The notes: generated from the letters alone by a model not told the origin. A DNA stretch of 62,884 nt from Alphaproteobacteria bacterium (GCA_031415215.1 JANORH010000251.1:1-62884); one strand, 5' to 3'; positions 40,850 through 51,350 are shown, counted from the stretch's first letter. Program-made: numbers and translations.

Positions 40850-41611
40850 TCATGCAACCGCGCGGATCATGCCCATCTGTGAAGCCACAGCGGCCGCACG
40901 GGTGCGGTTGTTCACACCAAGTTTCGCCACCGCGCTTTCGACATGGAACCGCGCTGTGGACGGGGACCGACCGATCAGCTCGGCGATATCCGCGTCGGTC
41001 TTGCCCATCGCCACCCAGGTCAGACATTCGAGCTCGCGGTCGCTCAGCGAAACGTGCGGCAGCGCCATCGAATCCGGGCGCTCGCGATAAACATGACCCA
41101 TGAACAGATGCGCCGCGAGGCGCAGTTCATTGGAATAGATCGACAGGATTCTATCGACGTCCACATCGTGGTCGATGGCCACCCAGCCGACCGCCCCGAC
41201 GCGGGACATCGGCATATGCACGGGCACCGTCACACCGCCGACAATGCCCCGTTCGCTGGTGCCCCGCCGGAACGAGTCAAGCTGACCGTCCCATGGGAAG
41301 CTCGACTCCAGCACCTTCGCCACCCGCCACGCGAAGGGGTCGATGGTAACCCTGCAGGCCTGTCCGATCGGGCAGATCGCATGCCCTGGACCGGATCCGA
41401 TGCTCGATCCCAGCACGATAGGTCGGCCAAACAATTCGCCGAAGCCGCCATTTACGCTGGTTCGCCACACCTTCGCGGTGAAGTCCTCGACCACGCCTGG
41501 CATGTCCAGACCGATGGCTGCACCGATCGCAATAAGCGGCAATGCGGCGTCGGCCATGCTTGCGGCGTCACCGACCGCGTTTACGTGACACCTGAGAGAA
41601 ACCCTCGACAT
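40850..41611 (-). CDS. LuxR-family regulator with an N-terminal autoinducer-binding-type domain (solo LuxR)
   Basis: IDPF..FPW, GVTVPVH; C-terminal LSDRELECLTWVAMGKTDADIAELIGRS..TARFHV...KLGV; GGGGAG RBS. Confidence 0.85.
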   Translation of the reverse strand: MSRVSLRCHVNAVGDAASMADAALPLIAIGAAIGLDMPGVVEDFTAKVWRTSVNGGFGELFGRPIVLGSSIGSGPGHAICPIGQACRVTIDPFAWRVAKVLESSFPWDGQLDSFRRGTSERGIVGGVTVPVHMPMSRVGAVGWVAIDHDVDVDRILSIYSNELRLAAHLFMGHVYRERPDSMALPHVSLSDRELECLTWVAMGKTDADIAELIGRSPSTARFHVESAVAKLGVNNRTRAAAVASQMGMIRAVA

Positions 41612-41857
41612 AGACGCTACTCCCCTTGCTGGCCCCTCTTCCGGGGGTATGTTGCAGGATCGTCGCATAGCCTCAGGCAAAGTCAAACGCGTATTGGGGC
41701 CTTTCTATGAAGGCAAGACGTCAATGATCACTTGTGACGACAATCCAGAAAATCCAATAGCGGGTATGAATTCATGCAGGCCGCCGGTCAGAATCCGGGT
41801 TCGACATAGTTTTACTGGAGGATTTCTTGCCCCGGCGCGATGAACCACTACCGGCTG

Positions 41858-42775
41858 CTAGATGTGGCCCCAGTCATGGCGAGCCGCCCAGGTGTCCAGC
41901 GACGTGGGCGTGATCGGTAGCCTGGACAAAGCGGCAGCGACATCCACCACCAAGGGTGAGGTCGGCTGGACATTGTACCAACGATAGAACTGCGCCATCC
42001 CGTCATAGATGCTGTGCGGTTGAACCTCGGACGATCCGGTCACCAGCAGACTCATCTTGGCGGCATAGTCGTCGGGTGTAAGGCTCTGGAAGCGGATAGT
42101 CCGCCCTGCGGCGGCGCTCAGGCGCTCGGCAACCTCGGCACCGACCAGGGCTTCAGGGCCGCCGACCAGCACCCGTTCTGCCGTCAGATCATCACGACCG
42201 AGACCGCAAACCATATAGGCTGCGACGTCCTCCAGGCAGATCCACGAAATCTTGAGGGTCTCGCCGGCTGGATAGGCCCAGACGCTTTTGTGGACGATTG
42301 AAGGCTTCGACCAGATACGGATCATGTTGTCCATGAACACCACGGGTCGGATGACCACATAGGGGATGCCGGATTCGTCGATCGACCGCTCGATGTCGCG
42401 GCGGCCGTCGTGGGCAGACAGGTTCAGGTCATGATCGGCAACGAAACAACTTGTGTTGAAGACGATCTTGCCAAGGTTGGCACGCTTGGCGGCTGCGGCG
42501 ATCCGCTGACCAAACCCGGCCGCCCGCGCGCGATCAAACTCGAAGGGCAGGTGCATGACCAATGCGTCCTGGCCCTTGAACGCCTCGAACAGCGACTCCT
42601 CGCTCTCGATGTCAGCCGGTACGACCGGGAGGCCGGCGAAGGGTGTATCTTTCAGGGCGTCGGCCCGGCGCACGCCGGCGGTCGGCTGGAATCCTTCCTC
42701 GATCAGCCTCGCTAACAAAGGCAAACCCTGGTCGCCACTCGCGCCGAGGACGAGAATCTTGCGAAGGGCGGTCAT
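41858..42775 (-). CDS. NmrA family NAD(P)-binding protein (copy 3, more divergent)
   Basis: VLGASGDQG, VFNTS, FMDN, SWICLEDVA, VGGPE. Confidence 0.87.
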   Translation of the reverse strand: MTALRKILVLGASGDQGLPLLARLIEEGFQPTAGVRRADALKDTPFAGLPVVPADIESEESLFEAFKGQDALVMHLPFEFDRARAAGFGQRIAAAAKRANLGKIVFNTSCFVADHDLNLSAHDGRRDIERSIDESGIPYVVIRPVVFMDNMIRIWSKPSIVHKSVWAYPAGETLKISWICLEDVAAYMVCGLGRDDLTAERVLVGGPEALVGAEVAERLSAAAGRTIRFQSLTPDDYAAKMSLLVTGSSEVQPHSIYDGMAQFYRWYNVQPTSPLVVDVAAALSRLPITPTSLDTWAARHDWGHI

Positions 42776-44433
42776 GTTGCAGGGGTCTCACGTTGGTCGT
42801 TTTGTTTGTAGCGGGCGTTCGAGCGCTGGGCGGCGTGACGTCCTGAGATGACGCCAAAGGTCAGCGCCGGACCCAGGGTGCCGCCCGCCCCGGCATAAAC
42901 CGAGCCCGTCGGCGCGGCCATCACATTACCCGCCGCATAGAGGCCATCGATCACCGCGCCATCTGGATCCAGCGCACGGCCGCAGGCATCTGTCCGCACC
43001 CCGCCATTGGTGCCCAGCGCGCCCATGTGGATCGGCACCGCGTAGAAAGGTGCCGTCAACAAGGGGCCAAGGGTCCCGGCCGCGCCGGGTCGCGAACGAT
43101 CACCGTAGAATGTGTCATAGGCGCTCTCGCCGCGCCCGAAGTCGGGATCTTGTCCCACCGCTGCATGGCCGTTGAAGCGTGCTACACTGGCCTCCAGGCC
43201 AGCCGCATCACAGCCGATCAAGCCCGCCAAAGCCGAAAGGCTTGCCGCCGATACTATCCAGTCCGGCGTCTCGGGACCGGGCGGCGCTGGACCCACCGCA
43301 TAGCGCGACTTGTAATCGGCATCGAAGATCAGCCACGCCGGCAGGTTCGCCCAGTCATAGGTGTTGGGGTCAAACTGCTGAAACGCTCCGCCGAGCGCCG
43401 AATAGTTGGTCGCCTCGTTACAGAAGCGTCGGCCTCGCCGGTTGACCATCAGCGAGCCAGGAAGCGTGCGCTCGATCAGCACGGGCGCCGACCGCGGCGA
43501 CCCATCCGGCCAGGTCTCGCCGCCGGGCGTGATTGTCGGCGCCCACCAGGCACTGGTCATATTGCCAAGTCCAGCACCGACCCGCTGCGCCAGTTTCAGC
43601 CCGTCGCCGGTCGCCATGGGCGGCGACGCTGGGTGCGTGAGTGGCCCCCGAAGGAACGTACGCGTCAGCTCAGCATTCCACTCAAAGCCGCCGGTCGCCA
43701 GGATCACGCCGCGCCGCGCCATCAGGCGGTGAGCGTTTCCGTTCAGAACAAACTCAATGCCAACCACCGTCCCGTCGTCGACCAGCAGACGTCGCACCGG
43801 CGCGCCGAGGGTCGGCTCAATTCCCCGGTCAAGACAACCGGCCAACAAGGCACCGACCAGCGCCTGCCCGAAGCCACGCTGGTCATTCTGAATGCGGGCC
43901 TGAAACGTCTCCATTGAGGGCAAGGTCGTTGCGCCACCCAGCGGCGTCTCTCGCAGCATCAGGCGCTGGACGGGTCCTGAGGTGAACACGCGATCACCCC
44001 AGCTGCCAAGGCGGCCAAAGTCGAAGAGATCGGTATCCAGGGCGCGGCCGCCATCTGGACGCGCGCCCGGTCGATCAAGGTAGTAGTCGGGATAGCCCTC
44101 CAGAACCGCGAAACGCAACGGCGTCGCGCTTTCGAGGAAGGCAATGGCCTCGCCGGCACCGTCAATGAATGCGGCAAGGACGTCATCGTCCAGATCGTCG
44201 GACAGGGCGTGGAAGTAAGCCCGCGCTGCGGCCCGATCATCATCCCGGTCAGCCCTTGGCATATGGGCGTTGGCCGGGGCCCAGACAACGCCGCCGGATA
44301 TCGCAGCTGTCCCCCCGACCGTCGTGGATTTGTCGAAAAGGCGGACCTGGGCACCGGCATCGTGCGCGGCGATCGCAGCGGCCAGGCCGCTGGCGCCGGC
44401 ACCGATGATCACAACGTCCGCAACGTCCTCCAC
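42772..44433 (-). CDS. FAD-dependent oxidoreductase, 3-ketosteroid delta1-dehydrogenase (KstD)-like
   Basis: GAGASG, GGTAAISGG..W.P.N, YPDYY, LATGGFE, TGDG, RFCNE..Y, GLYAAGN, YAGAGGTLGPA; GTG start with GGAGG. Confidence 0.85.
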   Translation of the reverse strand: MEDVADVVIIGAGASGLAAAIAAHDAGAQVRLFDKSTTVGGTAAISGGVVWAPANAHMPRADRDDDRAAARAYFHALSDDLDDDVLAAFIDGAGEAIAFLESATPLRFAVLEGYPDYYLDRPGARPDGGRALDTDLFDFGRLGSWGDRVFTSGPVQRLMLRETPLGGATTLPSMETFQARIQNDQRGFGQALVGALLAGCLDRGIEPTLGAPVRRLLVDDGTVVGIEFVLNGNAHRLMARRGVILATGGFEWNAELTRTFLRGPLTHPASPPMATGDGLKLAQRVGAGLGNMTSAWWAPTITPGGETWPDGSPRSAPVLIERTLPGSLMVNRRGRRFCNEATNYSALGGAFQQFDPNTYDWANLPAWLIFDADYKSRYAVGPAPPGPETPDWIVSAASLSALAGLIGCDAAGLEASVARFNGHAAVGQDPDFGRGESAYDTFYGDRSRPGAAGTLGPLLTAPFYAVPIHMGALGTNGGVRTDACGRALDPDGAVIDGLYAAGNVMAAPTGSVYAGAGGTLGPALTFGVISGRHAAQRSNARYKQNDQRETPAT

Positions 44434-44561
44434 GTCCAGCCACCTCCGGAAGACGCCAACGGACGCCCACCGCTTCAGGGTGCAGCCCGTGACCGCCAGA
44501 ACAACTCCCGGATTTGATAGATCATGCGCCGACCGACATCCGACGGTGCGCATCGACGCCG

Positions 44562-45098
44562 TTAGATGTCGGCAAGGAACGCCTGCAGCGGGTCTTCCGA
44601 CCCGCGCGCGCCGCGAATCTTCAGGCCGGCGTAGATGCCGTCTTCCCACTGGCAGGTCGAGGCCACGTTGCGGTTCCAGTCCATAATATAGACCCGTTGG
44701 GCGATCCGCCACTCGCCGCCGCGTTGTTCCAGACGATCCAGATAGCGACCGCCCACAACCATCTCGCGCCGACCGTCAGTGCCATCAAGCTCGTGATAGG
44801 CGTGGCAGTAGGTCTCGGCTCGGGCGTGATCGCCGTGAAACGCGATCAGTAGGTTGCTGATGGCATGCTGTGTGCGAAGCATGCCCTGCAGCGCTGCAAC
44901 CGTCGCCCGCGCCCACACCGTGGCATTCTGGGGACCGGTTCCGTAGTCGGCGGTGGCCTCAGGCCAGAACACGGACCGCAAGGTGCCGATCTCGCAGCGG
45001 TCAATGCCTCGCGAATAGCGCGCCAGGACGTCGGCGATCTTCTGGCGGGCGATCATCTCGCGGACGTCGGCGACGTCAATGTCATCCGTAGGGGTCAT
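44562..45098 (-). CDS. SnoaL/NTF2-like protein
   Basis: RYSRGIDR, F.PEAT.DYG, TQHAISN, GGRYLDRLE.R.GEWRI. Confidence 0.87.
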   Translation of the reverse strand: MTPTDDIDVADVREMIARQKIADVLARYSRGIDRCEIGTLRSVFWPEATADYGTGPQNATVWARATVAALQGMLRTQHAISNLLIAFHGDHARAETYCHAYHELDGTDGRREMVVGGRYLDRLEQRGGEWRIAQRVYIMDWNRNVASTCQWEDGIYAGLKIRGARGSEDPLQAFLADI

Positions 45099-45116
45099 TC
45101 CGGGCCTCCGGGGTTC

Positions 45117-45647
45117 TCAACGGACGCGTAGCGCATCGCGTTGGTTGCTGAGATCACTGCCGCCGCGTTGACCGACCAGTACGCCGGGCGTTGCCGTCAG
45201 CCATCCATCGGCGGCGGGCTCTGTGCGCGCCCAGTCGACCAGTTCGCTGCGATGAGCGATCTTCCAGACACCGTCGCGACGCTCATAGCGGTCGACATAG
45301 CGGCCGCTGATGAACAGGTCCACGTCCGCCCCGCCCTGCGTCAGGCGATGGAAAGCCTGAAAATAGATCTCGCCAAATCCCACATCGCCCTCGATCTCGA
45401 TCAGGGCCTGGCCCATCATATGATGGTTGGCGTGGTGATCCCGCAGCGCGTTCTGGGCGAAGTCCACGAAACCGTCGGGTCCACCCTGGTAGAAGCCGTA
45501 GTCGGTGGTTGCATCGTCCCAGAACACCGAGCGGTGCAGTGATGGCATCAACCTGTCCTGCGCCCGCAGGTAGCGGCAGCACTGGTCATAGATTTCCTGC
45601 CGCGAAATCAGGGCGTCCAGGCGCGGGTCCGGGTGAGGCGCGTTCAT
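45117..45647 (-). CDS. SnoaL/NTF2-like protein
   Basis: RYLRAQDR, FWDDAT.DYG, NHH, GRYVDRYERRDGVWKI. Confidence 0.87.
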   Translation of the reverse strand: MNAPHPDPRLDALISRQEIYDQCCRYLRAQDRLMPSLHRSVFWDDATTDYGFYQGGPDGFVDFAQNALRDHHANHHMMGQALIEIEGDVGFGEIYFQAFHRLTQGGADVDLFISGRYVDRYERRDGVWKIAHRSELVDWARTEPAADGWLTATPGVLVGQRGGSDLSNQRDALRVR

Positions 45648-45656
45648 GATTTCCAA

Positions 45657-46490
45657 TCAACCGACGGTGGGCGCGCCGATGAGACGGACTTCGCCATTGT
45701 GAAAGGCCGGGGTCGTTCCGCCCGTGGTCTGGCCGGCATCCACCACCAGCGTATGGCCGGTCACGAAGCGGGCCTCGTCGCTGGCCAGATAAAGCATGGC
45801 GTAGGCAGGATCATCCGGCCCAGCTGCGATCCCCAGAGGCGAGCCGGCGGCAATGCGTTGGGCCGTACCTTCATGATCCGATGGGTCGCCGGTCAGCAGG
45901 GATGCGGTCATCGCGGTGACCGTGCCGCCGGGGGCGATCGCGTTGACCCGAATGCCGTGTTGCGACAGCTCCGAGGCCGCAGACTTGGTCAATCCGACCA
46001 CCCCGTGCTTGGCGGCGGTATAGGTGTGTGGGCCCAGGCCGCCCATCACCCCCGCCGTGCTGGCCACCGAAAGTATGGATCCGCTGCGTTGCGGGACCAT
46101 GACGCGTGCGGCGTGTTTGATCCCGAGGAAAACGCCGGTCAAAAGGATAGCGATGGTGCGGTTCCAGTCGTCGAGCGGCGTATCCTTGATTGGCCCGACG
46201 GCACCGATAATGCCGGCATTGTTGACCATCACATCCAGCCGGCCGAACGCCGACACCGCCAGATCGACGCTAGCGGCGACGTCCTCCTCAGAGGTCACAT
46301 CCGTTCTGATGAAGCGGGCACGGGTGCCAAGGGATTGCGCCAACGCCGCGCCGGGCCCCTCTTGCATATCGGCAATCACCACCAAAGCGCCCTCGGCGTG
46401 GAAGAGCCTGGCTGTCCCGGCGCCAATGCCACTGGCCGCGCCGGTGATCACCGCGACCTTGTCTTTCAGTCTGTTCGCCACGTCTGGCAC
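45657..46490 (-). CDS. SDR family oxidoreductase
   Basis: RLKDKVAVITGAASGIG, VNNAG, YTAAK, IRVNAIAPG. Confidence 0.92.
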   Translation of the reverse strand: MPDVANRLKDKVAVITGAASGIGAGTARLFHAEGALVVIADMQEGPGAALAQSLGTRARFIRTDVTSEEDVAASVDLAVSAFGRLDVMVNNAGIIGAVGPIKDTPLDDWNRTIAILLTGVFLGIKHAARVMVPQRSGSILSVASTAGVMGGLGPHTYTAAKHGVVGLTKSAASELSQHGIRVNAIAPGGTVTAMTASLLTGDPSDHEGTAQRIAAGSPLGIAAGPDDPAYAMLYLASDEARFVTGHTLVVDAGQTTGGTTPAFHNGEVRLIGAPTVG

Positions 46491-46510
46491 TCCGTCTCAA
46501 CAGGGGTTGG

Positions 46511-47899
46511 TTACTCACCTTCCCAGGCCCGTGCCTTGTCCAGCGCGGTGCGGAAGGGACGCAGGCACAGCAGCAGCGCGATGGCTGCCAAGGGGTAGTT
46601 GACCGCCGCCATCAGACTTAGGCTGCCGGCAAGCGACTCACCTCCGAAGACCTTGTCGCTGACCAGGCCGCCCACCAACGGGCCGAGCGCCAGGGACAGC
46701 GCGTTCACCACGAGCGAATAGAGGGCGATAATCCGGCCCTTCAACTCATTGGGCACGATAAACTGCAGGGCCGTCATACCCAACGCCCCCGGCCAACCCA
46801 TCAGAAAGGTGATCGGCGCGAGAAGCAGCAGCGTCATCCAGGCGTCCGGCACCAGCGGCATGGCGATGGCCAGCGGCATCAGCGCCAGAATGGCGAACAG
46901 CACCAGTCGCATGGTCGAGTCCGCAGCACCCTTGGCGACCAGTCTCGACGCCAGCCGACCCGAAATGATGCTTCCGGCCAGGCCCAGCCCAAAGGCCATC
47001 AAACCATACTTCAGACCGGCTTCGGCCCGCGGCAGGCCTCGCTCTCTTACCAGGAACTCAATTACCCAGAAGAACAGGCCCCAACCCTGGATCGACATGA
47101 GGATGTAGGCGGTGAAATGCAAACTCAGGAACCGTCGCCTCTCGCCCAGGAACGCCATGACCTGGCGCGAGGACATTGGCGCAAAGCCGTCCGCCGTCAC
47201 CTGGCCGGTGCGCCTGGGTTCGCGAAGCGTCAGGAGGCCGAGCAGCGCCAGCAGAATGCCTGGCACGCCAAGCAGCAGAAAGACCGCCTGCCATGACTTC
47301 ACCTCGCCGAGCAGAGGCAGCATCAGTGGCGGTGCCGTTTCAAAGTACTGGGCCAGTTGGCCGCCGCCGATGCTGGCCAGACCCACCCCGAAGAAGGGTG
47401 CGGCGGTGAACAGGCCGATCGCCATTGGCAGCTTCCGTTTCGGCAGCAGATCCGACATCATCGAATAGGCGGCAGGCGGCAGCGCCGCTTCGCCAAGGCC
47501 CACCCCCATTCGCGCAAGAAATAGCGTGACGAAGCTGCTGGTCATCCCGCAGGCTGCGGTCATGGCGCTCCAGAGCGCGACGCCCGCCGTGATGACCATG
47601 CGCCGTGATCGCTTGTCGGCGATCCAGGCCGCCGGGATGGTGCCGACCGAGTAGAGCAGGCTAAAGGCTATGCCGCCCAACAACCCCATCTGGCTGTCAC
47701 TGAGATTGAGGTCTTGTTGAATGGGCCCGATCAGCACCGCCAACACCTGTCGGTCGATGCTCGACAGCGTGGCTACCACTGTCAGGAAGCCGACCGCGTA
47801 CCAGGCATAGGAGGTCTCACGCACCTCTGCTATTGCGGGTTCGAGCGTCGTCGGACTCGCGGCACCCGCAGCGTCGCTGGTCCTGGCGATATCGGTCAC
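46511..47899 (-). CDS. MFS transporter (spinster-like)
   Basis: SIDRQ..I..DL.LSD.QMGLLGG.AF, ADKRSRR, ARMGVGLGEA, multiple TM helices. Confidence 0.92.
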   Translation of the reverse strand: MTDIARTSDAAGAASPTTLEPAIAEVRETSYAWYAVGFLTVVATLSSIDRQVLAVLIGPIQQDLNLSDSQMGLLGGIAFSLLYSVGTIPAAWIADKRSRRMVITAGVALWSAMTAACGMTSSFVTLFLARMGVGLGEAALPPAAYSMMSDLLPKRKLPMAIGLFTAAPFFGVGLASIGGGQLAQYFETAPPLMLPLLGEVKSWQAVFLLLGVPGILLALLGLLTLREPRRTGQVTADGFAPMSSRQVMAFLGERRRFLSLHFTAYILMSIQGWGLFFWVIEFLVRERGLPRAEAGLKYGLMAFGLGLAGSIISGRLASRLVAKGAADSTMRLVLFAILALMPLAIAMPLVPDAWMTLLLLAPITFLMGWPGALGMTALQFIVPNELKGRIIALYSLVVNALSLALGPLVGGLVSDKVFGGESLAGSLSLMAAVNYPLAAIALLLCLRPFRTALDKARAWEGE

Positions 47900-47903
47900 T
47901 GCC

Positions 47904-49286
47904 TCAGCCCCTCAGCCAGGAATCGAGCGTCATGTGTACGCGTCGTGTGCGGGCTTCCTGGTAGTTGCCGAGGGTCTGTCCCGGCTTCCGCGAGGTCTGA
48001 AATCCCTTGTACTGCATCGCCAGATTGTCGGTGTCCTGGTCGAAGACGAACCCAAGTCCAGGGCTCATACCCGGCGCGGACATGTAGGAGTCTTCCGGCT
48101 TGAGCCGGTGCGGAACAGGGGCTTCGGGGCGAGTCTCCCCCGGGGCCAGCGGGCGGAGGAACAACAGATCGAACAGCGTACGTCCCGGGTCCATGCTGAT
48201 CGGCCGGAAGCGATAGACCATGGGCAGGCCCACCCCCGGGAACATGAAGCTGTTGGGGAACAGGTGGTACTCTATGGAATCCAGCATCTCGCTGTCGGAG
48301 TAGGCGGACAAATCCATGCCCCAGTCCGCGCCGAGGCTCGTGCGCAGATGCTCGGCGGCGACCGATCTGGCCAGTCGACCTTCGGGCACCGTAGCGCCTT
48401 CGGGTGCCGAACGCATCTTGTCCAGGATTTCCTGTTGGGTCTGCGACCGCGTCAGGTGGGGGCTTTGATGGCCGATGGTATGGACGAAGCGACTGACCGT
48501 CTCGCCGAAGATATCGTACTGGGCGTTGGCGTCGGAAGCCGTCGGCAGGGCTTGCGTGTGCGTGGCAAAGACGTGGTAGGCCTCCAGGAACGCCTCTTGG
48601 GCAGCCTTCCAGTTAGTGTCGAGTTCCTTCTGGATGTGCAGCACCGTGTAGCGGGTGCCAAGGTCCCAGCCGTCCTTCAGGTGATCGGGCAGGACCCCCA
48701 GATGGTCTGCGAGCGGGCCTGCATCGGGGTCCATGTTGATGAACACGAAACCGCCCCAGCGCTCGACCTTTACCTCGGGCAGCCGATAGGCCTCATCCGT
48801 GACGTGCGGGAAATCCCAGCGGCAGGGCACATCCTTCAGCTGGCCATCGAGGCTCCAGCTCCATCCATGAAAGGGGCACCGCAGGATGGGCGCCACGCCC
48901 CGGCTGTCGGAGGGCCGAAACTGGGTGCCGCGATGCAGGCAGGCGTTGACGTAACCCTTGATTTCGTCGGGTCCGCTCCTGACCAGGATCACCGAGTGGC
49001 GGCCGACGTCGTAGGTCAGGTAGTCGCCGACATTGAGCAGGTGTTCTTCCCGGCAGGCCCATTGCCAGACGCGAGGCCACAGCTTCTCCATTTCCAGCTC
49101 GAAGAACTCGGGAGACGTGTATCGATCATAGGGGATGTCGGTGTCGCCGAGAAAGTCGTAGCTCGTCGCGGTCAAGACCGGTGGTGCCGTCTGTCCGTCG
49201 GCCAGGATCAGGTCGCGGGTGGACGGACCAGGACAGCGCGCGTCACCCGGCCGGGGCCCGGTCCTGCTGACAAGATCGTCGGCCAT
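47904..49286 (-). CDS. Rieske non-heme iron oxygenase alpha subunit (2)
   Basis: CLHRG..CPFHG, NWK..EAFLEAYH..TH, DQD, GNYQE. Confidence 0.92.
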   Translation of the reverse strand: MADDLVSRTGPRPGDARCPGPSTRDLILADGQTAPPVLTATSYDFLGDTDIPYDRYTSPEFFELEMEKLWPRVWQWACREEHLLNVGDYLTYDVGRHSVILVRSGPDEIKGYVNACLHRGTQFRPSDSRGVAPILRCPFHGWSWSLDGQLKDVPCRWDFPHVTDEAYRLPEVKVERWGGFVFINMDPDAGPLADHLGVLPDHLKDGWDLGTRYTVLHIQKELDTNWKAAQEAFLEAYHVFATHTQALPTASDANAQYDIFGETVSRFVHTIGHQSPHLTRSQTQQEILDKMRSAPEGATVPEGRLARSVAAEHLRTSLGADWGMDLSAYSDSEMLDSIEYHLFPNSFMFPGVGLPMVYRFRPISMDPGRTLFDLLFLRPLAPGETRPEAPVPHRLKPEDSYMSAPGMSPGLGFVFDQDTDNLAMQYKGFQTSRKPGQTLGNYQEARTRRVHMTLDSWLRG

Positions 49287-49351
49287 CACACCCTCTCCTG
49301 TCTTGACGCTTGAAGCGGCTTTGCTGACAGCACAGTCAGGACGCGGTTCAC

Positions 49352-50542
49352 TCACTTTGGGGCGAACAATAGCTCCAGCGCATCGTCGTCAGCAGCGATC
49401 AGACGGTCGACCCATTGATGGAACAGCTGAGCGCCGCCCTCATTTCGCCCGAACAGGACCTGTTTTCGACCGCCGTTCTTGAGGGCTGTCTGCTGGCGGA
49501 AGCCCGTTGCATAATCCTCATCGCGAACGACGTGATCGAGGAAGGCGCATTGTCCATCGACCTGCGCGGACTCTGCCTCGTCGGGTGCTCTGACGGTCAG
49601 GAATATCTGGGTGGTGATCGATTCACCCACGCTCGCACCGGGCAGCAGTTGCGAGATCATCACCGTCCTCAGGCCGGCGTTGAAATTGGCGATGGAGATG
49701 TGAGGGAAGACCGTCCAGACACCATTCAGCATGTCCTCGGTCGCCCAGTCCGCCTCGGCGATATTGTCGAAATTCAACAGGTCCGGGCTCGGTGCCTGAA
49801 CGCGCTGATGCGGCCCCCAGGCATAGTAGAGCGCCTGGTTCAGCATCTGTTCGCCGAAGGTGTTCTTGTGCAGAACCGGCAGATGGTAGAAATCCAGATA
49901 GCCGTCGTAGGCGATCTTCCAGTTCGGCCCTGGGATCACCTGGCTGGAATGATAGTGCCAATCCTCGAACCCATAGTGCGCCAACAGCTTGTCATAACCG
50001 CTGAGGAAGGCGTCGAAGCTCAGCTTGCTGTCGGGATTGACGATCACCCAGATCAAACCGGCCCGCTCGGTCACCGGTAGCGGCGTCAGCCCGAAGCAGG
50101 ACTTGTCAATCTCGCCGAAGTCGTCGGCCGAGGCCACGCCCATCAGCTCGCCCTTCTGGGTGAAGGTCCAGCCGTGATAGGGGCACATAAAGCGCCTGGC
50201 GTTGCCGTGTCCTGCCATCGCGACGTTGGTGCCGCGGTGGCTGCAGGAATTGATGAAGGCGCGGACCACGCCATCCTGACCTCGGGAGATCAGGACCGGC
50301 ACGCCAGCTGCTTCCAGGGCCTTGAAATCCCCCGGCTTCGGCATCTCTGCCGTGACGGCCAGCAACAGCGGCACGCGCTTGAAAATCTTTTCAACTTCAG
50401 CGTCAAAGATGTCCGGATCAAAATAGCGCTCTGCAGGAAGCGCCACGACCTCGGGAACCTTGGCCATCGTGTGGGCCCGGGCGTGCGCCATGCCGTTGCG
50501 AACCATGGCGGAGAGTTCTGATCGGTCGAGGACCTTGTTCAT
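49352..50542 (-). CDS. Rieske non-heme iron oxygenase alpha subunit (3)
   Basis: CSHRG..CPYHG, NWK..DGYLDFYH..LH, EDY, FGRNE. Confidence 0.92.
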   Translation of the reverse strand: MNKVLDRSELSAMVRNGMAHARAHTMAKVPEVVALPAERYFDPDIFDAEVEKIFKRVPLLLAVTAEMPKPGDFKALEAAGVPVLISRGQDGVVRAFINSCSHRGTNVAMAGHGNARRFMCPYHGWTFTQKGELMGVASADDFGEIDKSCFGLTPLPVTERAGLIWVIVNPDSKLSFDAFLSGYDKLLAHYGFEDWHYHSSQVIPGPNWKIAYDGYLDFYHLPVLHKNTFGEQMLNQALYYAWGPHQRVQAPSPDLLNFDNIAEADWATEDMLNGVWTVFPHISIANFNAGLRTVMISQLLPGASVGESITTQIFLTVRAPDEAESAQVDGQCAFLDHVVRDEDYATGFRQQTALKNGGRKQVLFGRNEGGAQLFHQWVDRLIAADDDALELLFAPK

Positions 50543-50585
50543 CTGTGTCGCTCCCGAATCCTGAAAGTTAAAGTGTCCATGCCGA

Positions 50586-50933
50586 TCATTTTGCGGTGAA
50601 AAAATCTGCCCTCGGGCGACCTTCGGGATCATAAACGGGCTCGACAAGATCGACCCGATACTTGCGCGTTACGGCCTGCTTGATGCCAACTGCGCCCAGA
50701 TGAGCCAGCATGCCTTGGTAGGGTGCCGCCGAGAGATGGATGGCCAGATCGGCCTCGCTTTCCCAGTCTTCGAAGACATGAATTCGCCCCGGCAGGCTGA
50801 GGTCTGCCGTCCAGGCGTACTGTAGGCAGCCGGACTCGGCGAGCGCCGCCTCGATCAAGGCGCGGGCCCCGAGCAGGGCTTGTTCGCGCGCTTCGGGTGC
50901 CACATCGATCTCGCCGGAAATCACAATTCTCAT
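50586..50933 (-). CDS. Antibiotic biosynthesis monooxygenase (ABM) domain protein
   Basis: E.GC.QY, FEDWESEADL..H dimeric alpha+beta barrel pattern. Confidence 0.82.
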   Translation of the reverse strand: MRIVISGEIDVAPEAREQALLGARALIEAALAESGCLQYAWTADLSLPGRIHVFEDWESEADLAIHLSAAPYQGMLAHLGAVGIKQAVTRKYRVDLVEPVYDPEGRPRADFFTAK

Positions 50934-50945
50934 GGTCGTCTGGCC

Positions 50946-51347
50946 TCAGCTCTGAATGTGCAGGACGGTGTAGGAGCGGCTTGAAAACAGCCAGACACCA
51001 GCAATCTTCACCAACGCATCGTCATAGGCCCCGACGATCCGGCGTACGTCGCCGGCGTGGTCGATCAGGACCTCCTGCGTGTAGACCCGGACGCTCGCCT
51101 GGTCGCCGCGCACCTCGATCGCACCGGGCGTCGCAAAGAACCCGGCAACGGCAAAGCCTGACATGGCACCCACCCAGGCTGCCTTGATCTGCGCCTTGCC
51201 TGCGACCTCCATGCCGGGGAGGTGCCAGACACCGTCCTCGCTCCAGTTGGCAATCCAGTCGTCGGCGTCCTTTCGGAACACCGCATCGCTGTAGGCTTCG
51301 ATCCGCTCGCGGATAGCCAGCCGGTCCTCGTGAGGCCCGTCAAACAT
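50946..51347 (-). CDS. SnoaL/NTF2-like protein
   Basis: EDRLAIRERIEAYSDAV, W.EDG.W, GAYDD.LVK..G.W.F..R. Confidence 0.85.
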   Translation of the reverse strand: MFDGPHEDRLAIRERIEAYSDAVFRKDADDWIANWSEDGVWHLPGMEVAGKAQIKAAWVGAMSGFAVAGFFATPGAIEVRGDQASVRVYTQEVLIDHAGDVRRIVGAYDDALVKIAGVWLFSSRSYTVLHIQS

Positions 51348-51350
51348 GGA

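Noticed and set aside
44434-44712. N-terminal extension of the KstD-like ORF in the ORF track (similar extensions at 7058, 7432, 9645, 29922 and 52762)
   Set aside because: Extensions overlap neighbouring genes or promoters; downstream starts fit the family N-termini, most with an RBS
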